From Trichodesmium erythraeum IMS101 (GTDB lineage: Bacteria > Cyanobacteriota > Cyanobacteriia > Cyanobacteriales > Microcoleaceae), in the NCBI RefSeq assembly GCF_000014265.1, contig NC_008312.1, positions 4,200,001-4,232,000 of the forward strand: a DNA stretch of 32,000 bases, in the 5' to 3' direction. The position numbers and the translations under genes were made by a program. Shown piece after piece: positions 10,709 through 20,708 of the stretch. Position 1 is the stretch's first letter. Each line of letters starts with the position of its first letter. The notes below the pieces were generated by a model. That model ran no database searches and was not told where the DNA came from. It worked only from the letters and a program-made list of their open reading frames with translations.

Positions 10709-11614
10709 CTAATCTTCTCGGGTAATTCCTAGGATAGATTCATCCCAATAATCTTTAAATTTAGAACCAGACATCTTTTTTATATATAAGTCATTGAAAT
10801 GCTGATTTTGTTCCTCTGTAAAATAATTACGCCAGTCTCCTACTATTCCTTTTCTTAAATGTGGAGCTTCATTTTGATTAATTCTCATCCAATTACAATC
10901 AGCTTTATCATTTTTTTTCATTTCTTCTAATTTACTATCAATTGCTACTTTGTCTATAACTTCTGCAGACACTTTGATTTCTAAAAAAGCTGCTAATTGG
11001 CTCAGACAAGTTTTGATATTTTTTTTCAATTCTTCGTATGTAAGATATAAGACTTGTTGACGAGATGGTAAAAATTTTTCCCAATGCAAGTGAAAATCAA
11101 ACCAACTTCCATAATGTACCTGACCTGATAAATATAATTCAAAAAAGTCATTCCAATTGTCTTGATAAGATATACTCTTTTTTCTTCTCAAATGATGGTA
11201 CATAGAAACAGCAACATCTTTAGGGTTTCTGAGTAGAAATATGTATTTTGTATTCGGTAGTCCTTCGGGTGTTAAATGAGGCCGGCCATAAAAAGTTAAG
11301 ATTCGAGGAGATGGGAGAGATTAAATATACTCGTAAGAACGTTTTTGAGCAGGCTCTAGACATGGAGACAAACAAAACTCTAGCCTGGAAAAAGCTTCCA
11401 TCATATTTAAATTAGGTTGATTGCCTTGATGATTTAAAAGTAAAAGGATCTGCTTTAGCCAAGTAGATCCAGATTTTATATAACAAACAAAAAAAATATC
11501 CTCATTTCTGGTTTTGAAGCGAGTCAGTATGGTATTTACTTTTTCTTCGGTAACAAATTGAGGATATACTATGCCATCTACTATGGAATACCAAGAAGAA
11601 TTTTGAGTTTTCAT
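10709..11614 (-). pseudogene. sulfotransferase-domain gene interrupted by a single in-frame TAA (11321-11323)
   Basis: N-terminal ORF 11321..11614 carries the 5'-PSB-like loop IKSGSTWLKQIL. C-terminal ORF 10709..11203 carries the 3'-PB-like RKGIVGDWRNYFT. Both are in the same frame, and the 117 nt between them also read open (SLPSPRILTFYGRPHLTPEGLPNTKYIFLLRNPKDVAVS). Total length is 302 codons. Confidence 0.8.
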
Positions 11615-12035
11615 CTGAACAATCTCTATAAACTTTTCAATAGTTTAAAAATAGGATGAATTTTAATTATTGCAATTGGTCTGTTAATTTTTCAAAGGCT
11701 GTTTGAGAAGTACTGCGTGGGATTGTTCATTCCTAAAAACCTAGCTCTTTCCACAACTATTCCATATAAGAGAATTGGGGTTAATAAGCCTATGTCCTGG
11801 TAGGAGATAGGAGATAGGTTTGACGAAATATTTTTGAGAGGTTGAGAAATAATTTCTCAGCAATACTGGACACAAAAATTATAGTTTCTGCTATTCTATG
11901 GCGACTTCTATAAATGTTTAGAATTAAAACATTAATGTAGGGATATTTATAATAGTTGACATATACTTTATATCTTAATACTCTATTTTTTTTGTTTTAA
12001 CTTTTAACTTAAATAGGAAAATATAAATAGTTGAT

Positions 12036-12908
12036 TTAACGCATTGTTAGGGATTTCGCCAGGGTTTTATATGTCGCAGGATGACCAGCAAAATATCCAG
12101 AAAAATAATACCTTGGAGGTTGATAATGATTTTCAGCAGTAAAAGGAGCTAAAAATTTATCAGATACAAGGTCTTTTCTGACAAAAAATGCGTTGACTCC
12201 AGATAAATTACAGCCTACAAGACAATAACCTTTTTTCTCTAAATTTATCTCTAGAAACTTCAATGAAACTCCAAAGCAATCATCTTTTTCCCAAGTATGT
12301 GTTTCATCATAGTCCATACAAAATAAAATTGGCGGTCTAAACTTAGCGTTATATTCAATTATGATTACTCTTGGCTTAATACAGGTTATTGCGCTGAGAA
12401 CATGATAGTCATTTCCATCAATATCAACTGACAATAAATCAATTTCATTGGATTTTATCTGGGAGTAAATCAATTCATTTATATTATCTTTTGTAATAAA
12501 TGATTGAATAAGTTTTAATTGTCCTTTAGTGATTATTTTAGTAAAATGCTTTCTGATTTTCTTGATATAATTTAAAGAAGTATCAATCCATAAACCTTCT
12601 CAATCATCAAAAAGCAGAGAAAGAGTATTATTTTCTAAACCATTACCTATGCCAAATTCTACAAATATTTTATTTGTTACACCAATCCTTCTAAATATTT
12701 CTCTGATAATTCCATCTTCATCAGTTTGTGAGTATATCTTACACCCAAAAGGAATTAAATTTTTTGGTTCTTGATATCGAGAACTTTCCCTAACACGATC
12801 CATTTCCTGAATTATAGGAATTTGTTTAATACGCTCTCTGATTATCAAACTGTATTTTCTTTCTTGAATTATAGAATTGACAAATTTCTTTAGTTTAGCT
12901 ATTTTCAT
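12036..12908 (-). pseudogene. FkbM-like SAM-dependent methyltransferase interrupted by a single in-frame TGA (12600-12602)
   Basis: ORFs 12600..12908 (FVEFGIGNGLENNT, glycine-rich SAM loop) and 12036..12473 (IDLLSVDIDGNDYHVL ... PRVIIIEYN) share one frame. The sequence after the TGA reads open (EGLWIDTSLNYIKK...). Total length is 291 codons. Confidence 0.75.
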
Positions 12909-13177
12909 AAATGAGTTACTATCGCCAATAATTAATAAAGTTGTTACTAAATAGATGAAATAAATCGCTCAAACTTAGACATAAAAATAATGCTAAATAT
13001 TTTTGATTTTAATAGTTACAATTCCTAAATAACAAAGATTCTGAGAATTGTTTCAGCTATAAAGTGACAAGTCCATTCTACTATTCTAGATTTTGTACTT
13101 ATTGTCAAGAGTTAAGACCATGCAGTCTACAATGATAGTAAAACTTAAATTTGAACTCTATTTTTGTTTGTACATAG

Positions 13178-14185
13178 TTATACTTCAGATTGGCGAGGAT
13201 TCCAACGAGAACAAATTTCTTCAATATGCATATTCTTTCGATCCTTTTTAAGATGTCGTGGGTTACTTTCAAAAGATAAAGAGGATGGAAGAGAATCTGA
13301 TTCATATTTCTCTTTAATAAATAATTCTATTTCTTTGTAAGAAACAGAAAAGGGAGCTCCATCAGATATCTTCGACTGATAATTTCTCAATGCAGCAGAA
13401 AATAGGCCAGTACCATCATCAAAAAATCGCTCAGTTGTAGCTCCGTAATTTTCGTATGGATAAAAAGCTAGGTCAGCAGGAGCTTTTGCTGCTACCCATG
13501 AAATGTAAGACCAGTATTCACTAAAGGTTTCAAATTGATTAGCAGAGCGCATCATGAGTAATAACCAGTTTTCCTGTGATTGAAAATAGCTTTTTACTTG
13601 GTTTTTAAATGATTCTAAATGTTCTTTTTTAAACCACATATGATGTGGAACAAAAGTACCTTCCTGGTCTGTAAGTGGTTCAACCCCAAGTACGGAAGTA
13701 ATCCATTCAGCCCATTTGGATACAATATGAGGATTACCATATTGATTGTGTTGCAGAAGGGCAAATTTGTGTTGTGTAGTTTCTTGATGATTACTGATGA
13801 GTGGCCAAGTATTAACAGGAAGTAGGTCGCTATCCCAAACAACAAACCATTCACTTAGGTTATCAATACCTTCGTAAGCACCAAGTTTTAATAACTGCTG
13901 ATAAAACCAACCAGGATTATAAAGTGATTTACCTAAATCAAGTTCTGAACAAATTGCTTCTTTTGTTAGACCATGATTTTGAAAAAAGTATTCTTCTTTG
14001 TGAGCAGAAACTGGAGCAACTTGCCATTCTTTAACTTTCTGTTCTAATAATTGAACTTCGGTTTTTGGGGCTATTATGTGGATAGTCTGAGGTTTGTAGT
14101 GATGACTAATTCCTTCTAGGACAGCTTGGGTATTCCAACGCACTTTGTAGAGGGGGATAACAAAGTCGAATGTTTCTTTTGTCAT
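13178..14185 (-). CDS. hypothetical protein, possibly a GT-A-fold nucleotide-sugar transferase-like protein (DUF6492-like)
   Basis: 335-aa ORF. It has an N-terminal FVIPLY strand, a GWFYQQLLKLG motif and an acidic WDSDLLP (DxD-like) motif. The family call is from memory and unverified. Confidence 0.7.
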   Translation of the reverse strand: MTKETFDFVIPLYKVRWNTQAVLEGISHHYKPQTIHIIAPKTEVQLLEQKVKEWQVAPVSAHKEEYFFQNHGLTKEAICSELDLGKSLYNPGWFYQQLLKLGAYEGIDNLSEWFVVWDSDLLPVNTWPLISNHQETTQHKFALLQHNQYGNPHIVSKWAEWITSVLGVEPLTDQEGTFVPHHMWFKKEHLESFKNQVKSYFQSQENWLLLMMRSANQFETFSEYWSYISWVAAKAPADLAFYPYENYGATTERFFDDGTGLFSAALRNYQSKISDGAPFSVSYKEIELFIKEKYESDSLPSSLSFESNPRHLKKDRKNMHIEEICSRWNPRQSEV

Positions 14186-14708
14186 AATTTTTGGCAGTTT
14201 TCTCTATATAGTACAGACAAGTTAACTTTTTGAGTTTTTCCACTCAGAATACTTTTGATTTTTAGCTAATAAGCTAATATTGGTGCTTTGACTTTTTTCA
14301 AGGATAAAAATACCTATCATTGCTCTTTTGGGGTAAGGAAAATACACAGCTATTGTTGAAAATGGCTCAAAACTAGATATGCTAGGAAACAAGTTGATTA
14401 GATGTTAAATGATTACTATATAAGTGTTTAATACTATTTCTAACATATTTTTGAGAAGGGTACTAATATTCAACAAGGAAGGAAAGTGTTTGATTTGAAA
14501 ATGTTCTGTTTTGTCAAATGTTAATCGTTTTTTATTTTGTATTTTATGGCTGCTTCAAAGAATATAGTTACAGTAAACAGGAAGGGAAAAGGGAGCAGGG
14601 AATAATAAAAATTATTCTCATATTTTCCCAATTTTTCAAGCTCACAGTTTATGACTTTATTGCGGAAAGCCAAGTTTCTATATTTCAAGTCTATGGTAAA
14701 TAAAATAA

Positions 14709-16178
14709 ATGAAAATCTTCTTTATTCCACGAATAATATTTTTTTTTATTTTAATGATATTCGTGCTAATTGTTATTACTTTTTCTTCGATGGCGACTTT
14801 TACAGGAATAGATATTCAACCGAAACGCCTGGAGTTGATGTTAGCTAATATATTAGAATCTGAACGTAGTGAAAGTACATTAAGTCTGCCTGTAAAAATT
14901 CCTTTGGCTAATGTTGAGAAAGCATTAAATCTGAATATTCCCCAGACATTTATGGGTACAGAAGCTGATCCTATAGATTTACTTTCTAATGATAAGCTTA
15001 CCTATAAAATTAATCGCCAAGATTTGATTATTGGTACTCGAAATAATCTGATAACTTTTTCAGTACCAGTATCAGGTACTGCAAGAATAAAGGGTAAAGT
15101 TGATTTAGGTTTTACTAGTATTCCAGTTAGTACGCGTACAGATATTGTGGGTACAATTTTTGGTGATCTTGCTTTAGGAATTGATAATGAATGGAATATT
15201 CAACCTAATCTAAATGTACGGACTAATTTAACTAAAGCAGATGTACCAATAAAAAATATTGGTACTATTAGTATTCGTAGTATCTTGCAAAAACAGGTAG
15301 ATAAAGCTATTAATAAAGAGAAGCCTAAATTAATTGCAAAACTTGTTGAAAAGTTAAACTTAAAAGCAGAAGTAACAAAACAATGGAATAATTTGCATTT
15401 GTCGGAAAAGGTCAATCAAGATCCTTCAATTTGGATTAAAACTGAGCCACAAAGTGTTAGCTTTAAGGAGTTTGATTTGACTGATGGTAAAAATGTTCAG
15501 TCTGGAATTGGGATTAGGATGCTTGTGGATACTTGTATATGCAAAGAAGCTCTTGCTATTAATTTTAAACCATTACCTAATCTGACTATTCAAGAGCAGA
15601 TAATAAATAAATTTTTAATCAATTTACCTGTGCAAGTTTCTCTTGATGAATTGAATAATACTCTTCGCTCTAAAGTTAGGGGTAACTCTTTGTCTATTGA
15701 TGAAAATCTGAAACTCATTGTTAAGGAAATTAATTTGTCTGCATTGGGTGAAAAAATTCTTGTTAAAGTTGATTTTAAGGCTGATAAAAATAGTTTTCTT
15801 CAGGAGGCAGAAGGAGTATTGTATCTTTGGGGTAATATTTTCTATGATCAAGCTTCTAATTATCTTAAAGTGGTTGAACTTGATTATGATGTTGATACGA
15901 AAAATGCTTTAATATTGACTGCGGATTTGCTTTTGAAACCTATTTTACTTCGGAAAATTGAAGAGCGTCTTTCTTTTCCTTTAGACCAACAATTAAGTCG
16001 AGCAAAAGATGAGGCTAATGAATATATTCGGAAGATAAAATTACCTCCTGAGATTGATGCAAATATTGTAGTTAAAACAATTAAAGTTCAAAAGGTTGTT
16101 GTGACAAATAATGATATTTACCTTGTTTTATTAGCAGATGGAAATATGTCGGCTATTTTGAACATTGGAGAGTATTGA
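14709..16178 (+). CDS. membrane-anchored hypothetical protein (possibly DUF4403-like)
   Basis: 489-aa ORF with an N-terminal hydrophobic anchor (IIFFFILMIFVLIVITF) followed by a long beta-rich, polar domain. No catalytic motif recognised. Confidence 0.75.
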   Translation: MKIFFIPRIIFFFILMIFVLIVITFSSMATFTGIDIQPKRLELMLANILESERSESTLSLPVKIPLANVEKALNLNIPQTFMGTEADPIDLLSNDKLTYKINRQDLIIGTRNNLITFSVPVSGTARIKGKVDLGFTSIPVSTRTDIVGTIFGDLALGIDNEWNIQPNLNVRTNLTKADVPIKNIGTISIRSILQKQVDKAINKEKPKLIAKLVEKLNLKAEVTKQWNNLHLSEKVNQDPSIWIKTEPQSVSFKEFDLTDGKNVQSGIGIRMLVDTCICKEALAINFKPLPNLTIQEQIINKFLINLPVQVSLDELNNTLRSKVRGNSLSIDENLKLIVKEINLSALGEKILVKVDFKADKNSFLQEAEGVLYLWGNIFYDQASNYLKVVELDYDVDTKNALILTADLLLKPILLRKIEERLSFPLDQQLSRAKDEANEYIRKIKLPPEIDANIVVKTIKVQKVVVTNNDIYLVLLADGNMSAILNIGEY

Positions 16179-16244
16179 TTTCATCCTAAAATAACGATTT
16201 AATAGCTTAAAAAGCATACTATTATATTGCTAATACTGATAAAT

Positions 16245-17300
16245 AAAATCTGTCATAACTAAGCTTAAACTAAATAATAAGCAGAAAAGCTTGATGCTCA
16301 AAACACAGGTTATAGCAGATGGTGTTATAACTGGGATTAAGTTTGACTGAATGCAGTACATAAAGATGGTGCGCGAATCAATGTCGGTCAACTCAGAGAG
16401 GTTTTTATTAATCACAAAAAACCACTAATACCTTGGATGAAAAAGTTTTATTCTAAAGTGTATCAATACGCTTTTGTCTACTTAGCTGAAGCATTTAAGA
16501 GCTTCTTTTAGTTCGGAATTCTTCGCAAATAATGGTTGGGTAAGTATTCAAGATTTAATAAAAAATGTAAGTCTGATTCTTTTACTGTTGATAGTTGCAG
16601 AAAACTAATATAATTAAACGGATGGAGTTACAAATTATCTTTTATTTGTATTTTTAAAACTTATGAACCCCGGCAGAGGTAACTACAAAATAAATTACCA
16701 TTAGTAGATAAGTAGGTGATTGGTATCTTAGCTTTAGCTATTAATTTGATGCACAACTACACTAAAAAAACTGATGTAGTTAGTGTATATTTAGGATTGA
16801 AAAATTTGGCTAAATTAAGTGTTGCTAAAGTATGTGAAAGTGTGAATTATTTAATAAGATTTGAAGCTAAAGTATCTAGAATACAATACCTAAGTTGTAA
16901 TAAACAGATAGGTTCTGCTAACAGTTGAAAAGCACAACTTAAGATAGCCGAACTACATAGAAAGGTAGCTTTTTATGTCGTGCAGGGAAATCAATAGATG
17001 ACCAAGGATTTTATGAATTTCGCAGATAGCTAGGATATAAATGTCAATGGTACGGTTCTACACTGGTAATGTTCTATATTATGTTTCTGTCATCAAAGAC
17101 TTGCTCCAACTGTGGTTATGTTTAGGATATGCTCTTAAGTTTAAGGAAAATTCATTTGTCCTAACTTTTGTTTGTCAATTTTATTGATACTTAAACCCTA
17201 GTATAAATTTAAGAAATTCGGTGGGCTCGCCTGTGAATGCTTATGGATGAGTAACGCTGACGACCTCAGTTGAGGTAGGAAGTAAACATCAATTTGTTAG
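16245..17300 (+). pseudogene. tnpB: degraded IS200/IS605-family tnpB (orfB) relic
   Basis: TnpB-like peptide patches are scattered over three frames and separated by stops: KLKLNNKQKSLMLK, TGYSRWCYNW, KKPLIPWMKKFYSKVYQYAFVYLAEAFKSFF, GKYSRFNKKCKSDSFTVD, LGLKNLAKLSV, KAQLKIAELHRKV, DQGFYEFRR.LGYKCQWYG, SSKTCSNCGY, PSINLRN and SVEVGSKHQ. There is an internal deletion between the HRKV and GFYEFRR blocks. No tnpA is present. Confidence 0.75.
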
Positions 17301-17356
17301 GTTATGTGAAGCTTTGTATCAGTTTTATAGAGCAGTAATCAGTCATATAAGTAAAT

Positions 17357-18676
17357 AGAGCAACAGTAAATTCATTTTTTTAAGCACTCTAATTTTGCGG
17401 TTGGTGGGAAAATTCCTAACTATTGCGGATAGAGCAACAGTAAATTCATTTTTTTAAGCACTCTAATTTTGCGGTTGGTGGGAAAATTCCTAACTATTGC
17501 GGATAGAGCAACAGTAAATTCATTTTTTTAAGCACTCTAATTTTGCGGTTGGTGGGAAAATTCCTAACTATTGCGGATAGAGCAACAGTAAATTCATTTT
17601 TTTAAGCACTCTAATTTTGCGGTTGGTGGGAAAATTCCTAACTATTGCGGATAGAGCAACAGTAAATTCATTTTTTTAAGCGCTCTAATTGGGCGGTTGG
17701 TGGGAAAATTCCTAACTATTGCGGATAGAGCAATAGTAAATTCATTTTTTTAAGCACTCTAATTTTGCGGTTGGTGGGAAATTCCTAACTATTGCGGATA
17801 GAGCAACAGTAAATTCATTTTTTTAAGCACTCTAATTTTGCGGTTGGTGGGAAATTCCTAACTATTGCGGATAGAGCAACAGTAAATTCATTTTTTTAAG
17901 CACTCTAATTTTGCGGTTGGTGGGAAATTCCTAACTATTGCGGATAGAGCAACAGTAAATTCATTTTTTTAAGCACTCTAATTTTGCGGTTGGTGGAAAA
18001 TTCCTAACTATTGCGGATAGAGCAACAGTAAATTCATTTTTTTAAGCACTCTAATTTTGCGGTTGGTGGAAAATTCCTAACTATTGCGGATAGAGCAACA
18101 GTAAATTCATTTTTTTAAGCACTCTAATTTTGCGGTTGGTGGAAAATTCCTAACTATTGCGGATAGAGCAACAGTAAATTCATTTTTTTAAGCACTCTAA
18201 TTTTGCGGTTGGTGGAAAATTCCTAACTATTGCGGATAGAGCAACAGTAAATTCATTTTTTTAAGCACTCTAATTTTGCGGTTGGTGGAAAATTCCTAAC
18301 TATTGCGGATAGAGCAACAGTAAATTCATTTTTTTAAGCACTCTAATTTTGCGGTTGGTGGAAAATTCCTAACTATTGCGGATAGAGCAACAGTAAATTC
18401 ATTTTTTTAAGCACTCTAATTTTGCGGTTGGTGGAAAATTCCTAACTATTGCGGATAGAGCAATAGTAAATTCATTTTTTTAAGCGCTCTAATTTTGGGG
18501 TTGGTGGAAAATTCCTAACTATTGCGGATAGAGCAACAGTAAATTCATTTTTTTAAGCACTCTAATTTTGGGGTTGGTGGAAAATTCCTAACTATTGCGG
18601 ATAGAGCAACAGTAAATTCATTTTTTTAAGCACTCTAATTTTGGGGTTGGTTCGGAAATTTCTGACTATTGCGGAT
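17357..18676. repeat. tandem array 2: 73/74-bp unit x18
   Basis: Unit starts (agagcaacag) are at 17357, 17431, 17505, 17579, 17653, 17727, 17800, 17873, 17946, 18019, 18092, 18165, 18238, 18311, 18384, 18457, 18530 and 18603. A degenerate partial copy lies just upstream (about 17327-17356). There are no spacers and no ORFs. Confidence 0.97.
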
Positions 18677-18704
18677 GGAACGTAACCTTAAACTAAAGGG
18701 GATG

Positions 18705-20324
18705 TCAAATTCTCAATTTTTGTCTAATTCGACTAATAAAAATATCAACCTCTGGCAAATTCATTTTCATTACTATCAAACCAAAGATACCTAACGCCGA
18801 AAAACTTGCTAAACCAAGTTCTAATAACTGCACAAAAAATCCCTCACTTCCCAACACTAACTGACACCCATAAAGCACACTCCAACAAACAAAACTTGCC
18901 GCCAAAGTTCCAAGAATTAAACCAGCAAAAGGTATCAACCATTCTCCCCAAGGTAAACCCCCTAATTTTTGATCTAATAACCAGAGAAAAATTACCATTG
19001 AAATTAAATTTACCCCCACCGTTGCTAATACTAAACCAGGAGCACCAAAAGTATTGATCAACAAATAATCTAAGAGGGCATTCAGAAAAATATTAAATAC
19101 ACTAACTTTAAAAGGAGTTTCTCCATCTCCCAAAGCATAAAAAACTCTGACTAAAACATCCCTTCCTAAATAAACAAACATTCCTACTGCATAAGCTATT
19201 AATACAGAAGCGACAAATTTTGAAGCGGATAAATCAAAAGCATAACGTTCATAAACTACCCTGACAATAGGCAAAGCTAAGGTCACCATAATTGCACTTA
19301 AAGGCAACATTGTAATTCCTGTTAATACTAAAGCTTGCCGAATTCGATATTTTAAATCTTGCCAATTTTCTGGTGCAGCTAATCGAGAAAATATTGGTAA
19401 AAATGGAACTAAAATTACATTAGAAATAATTCCCAAAGGTGTCTGTACTAATAAACCAGAATAACCTAAGGAAGCGGCAGCTTGGGGAATATAAGAAGCA
19501 AAAAATAAGTCTGTATAAACATTAATATGTAACATTCCAGAAGACAAAGTTGCAGGTATCATTACTTTGGTAATTTCTTGTACTCCTGGGTTGCGAAAAT
19601 TAAATCTGAAACGTAATTTTCCTAAACCTGCTCGCCACAATGAGGGAACTTGAATTAACCATTGTAATATTGCTCCGATGAGGGTACTCCAAGCTAAAAT
19701 TATGCCTCCTATCATGGCATGTTCTGGTTGAGTAATGTTTTCTCCTAGCTGGAAGACTAGTATAAAAATTCCTCCAATGAGAGCTATGCTAGAAAACAAT
19801 GGGCTAATAGAAGGTAGCCAATATATATCTGCAGCATTAAGGGCGCCAAAACCAATGCCTATTAGTCCTGCTAGTAAAGCCATTGGGGCCATAATTTGGA
19901 ATTGTTGGATGGCGATCGCTCGAATTTTTAGACCTGTTGTTGTTTGGCTTAAACCTGGTGCTACTAGGTCAATTAAAGGATCGGCAAAAAAAATCAGACT
20001 AACTGTGACTAACAATAAGACTCCACTGACTAAGGTTGTGATGGTTTCTATTAGTGGTGCTGCTTCTGACTTATCGCGCTTTGCTAAGACACTTACTATG
20101 GCACTATGAAAGGGTCCGTTAATTCCTCCTAGTAAGACCAATAAAAAGCCGGGGATGACGTAAGCGTAATTATAGGCGTCTACTGCTGCACCGACTCCGA
20201 AGGCTGCGGCGATGGCCTGTTGACGTATGAGGCCAAATATTTTACTGATTAATGTGGCTACTGCTACAATGCCAGCTATTTTTGTTAGGGAACGAGAGTT
20301 TTTTTGTGATTTTGATTCAGACAC
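18705..20324 (-). CDS. murJ: lipid II flippase MurJ (MviN family)
   Basis: 539 aa, polytopic. The MurJ-typical N-terminus is present: SRSLTKIAGIVAVATLISKIFGLIRQQAIAAAFGVG ... DAYNYAY. Confidence 0.92.
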   Translation of the reverse strand: MSESKSQKNSRSLTKIAGIVAVATLISKIFGLIRQQAIAAAFGVGAAVDAYNYAYVIPGFLLVLLGGINGPFHSAIVSVLAKRDKSEAAPLIETITTLVSGVLLLVTVSLIFFADPLIDLVAPGLSQTTTGLKIRAIAIQQFQIMAPMALLAGLIGIGFGALNAADIYWLPSISPLFSSIALIGGIFILVFQLGENITQPEHAMIGGIILAWSTLIGAILQWLIQVPSLWRAGLGKLRFRFNFRNPGVQEITKVMIPATLSSGMLHINVYTDLFFASYIPQAAASLGYSGLLVQTPLGIISNVILVPFLPIFSRLAAPENWQDLKYRIRQALVLTGITMLPLSAIMVTLALPIVRVVYERYAFDLSASKFVASVLIAYAVGMFVYLGRDVLVRVFYALGDGETPFKVSVFNIFLNALLDYLLINTFGAPGLVLATVGVNLISMVIFLWLLDQKLGGLPWGEWLIPFAGLILGTLAASFVCWSVLYGCQLVLGSEGFFVQLLELGLASFSALGIFGLIVMKMNLPEVDIFISRIRQKLRI

Positions 20325-20708
20325 AATTATGATTCCAGATATAGCTAAAAATAGTGATGTATTTTCAAGTAAGTTTAGTTAAGATTTCAGTATTAAGTCA
20401 TAGGAAACTGTAGATAAGTTTTTTTCTATTTTTTAGGATTTAACTAAAATTTTAAGTCATATAGTCTTCTAAGAGTTATGATTTGTCAAGAACTTGTGGA
20501 GTAATTAAATCTTGAAGCTGGAACAAGTCTAGAAAGCTAAATCAATCTATGGGTGCGGGGGTATGTTTATTTAGACTCCTAAATTTAGGGTGAAAAATAA
20601 TTATGTCTTCCCCTATTCTCTATTTATGATCTTATTTTTTATATTTTTTGATACATTCAATCTCTGATTCATATTATTAATTCAATTGATAAAATTATTT
20701 AAGTATAT

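Noticed and set aside
11956-11985. TTGACA followed by TA-rich hexamers as a plus-strand promoter
   Set aside because: The spacing to any acceptable -10 hexamer is poor. It points antisense into the methyltransferase pseudogene, and such matches are frequent by chance in AT-rich DNA.
12600-12602. The in-frame TGA as selenocysteine or programmed read-through
   Set aside because: I could see no SECIS-like hairpin immediately downstream. The position aligns best with a tryptophan (TGG) in related methyltransferases, and the neighbouring gene carries a TAA, so simple nonsense decay is more parsimonious.
13105-13854. ORFs 13105..13305 (-), 13615..13854 (-) and 13619..13825 (+)
   Set aside because: They are shadow ORFs overlapping or nested in the 13178..14185 CDS. 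The long ORF has the coherent protein-like sequence.
14518-15912. ORFs 14518..14703, 14651..14848, 15200..15415, 15624..15851 and 15718..15912
   Set aside because: They are either upstream AT-rich chance ORFs or alternative-frame or antisense shadows of the 14709..16178 CDS.
16230-16928. ORFs 16230..16415 (-) and 16716..16928 (+) as independent genes
   Set aside because: Both lie within the tnpB relic. 16716..16928 is simply one surviving open stretch of the pseudogene (it contains LGLKNLAKLSV), and 16230..16415 is antisense to it.
17357-18676. Array 2 as a CRISPR array associated with the tnpB relic (Cas12-like logic)
   Set aside because: The 73/74-bp units abut one another with no variable spacers. 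The variation consists of point and indel variants of one sequence. The tnpB is clearly dead.
18806-20109. ORFs 18806..19057 (+) and 19735..20109 (+)
   Set aside because: They are antisense shadows inside murJ.
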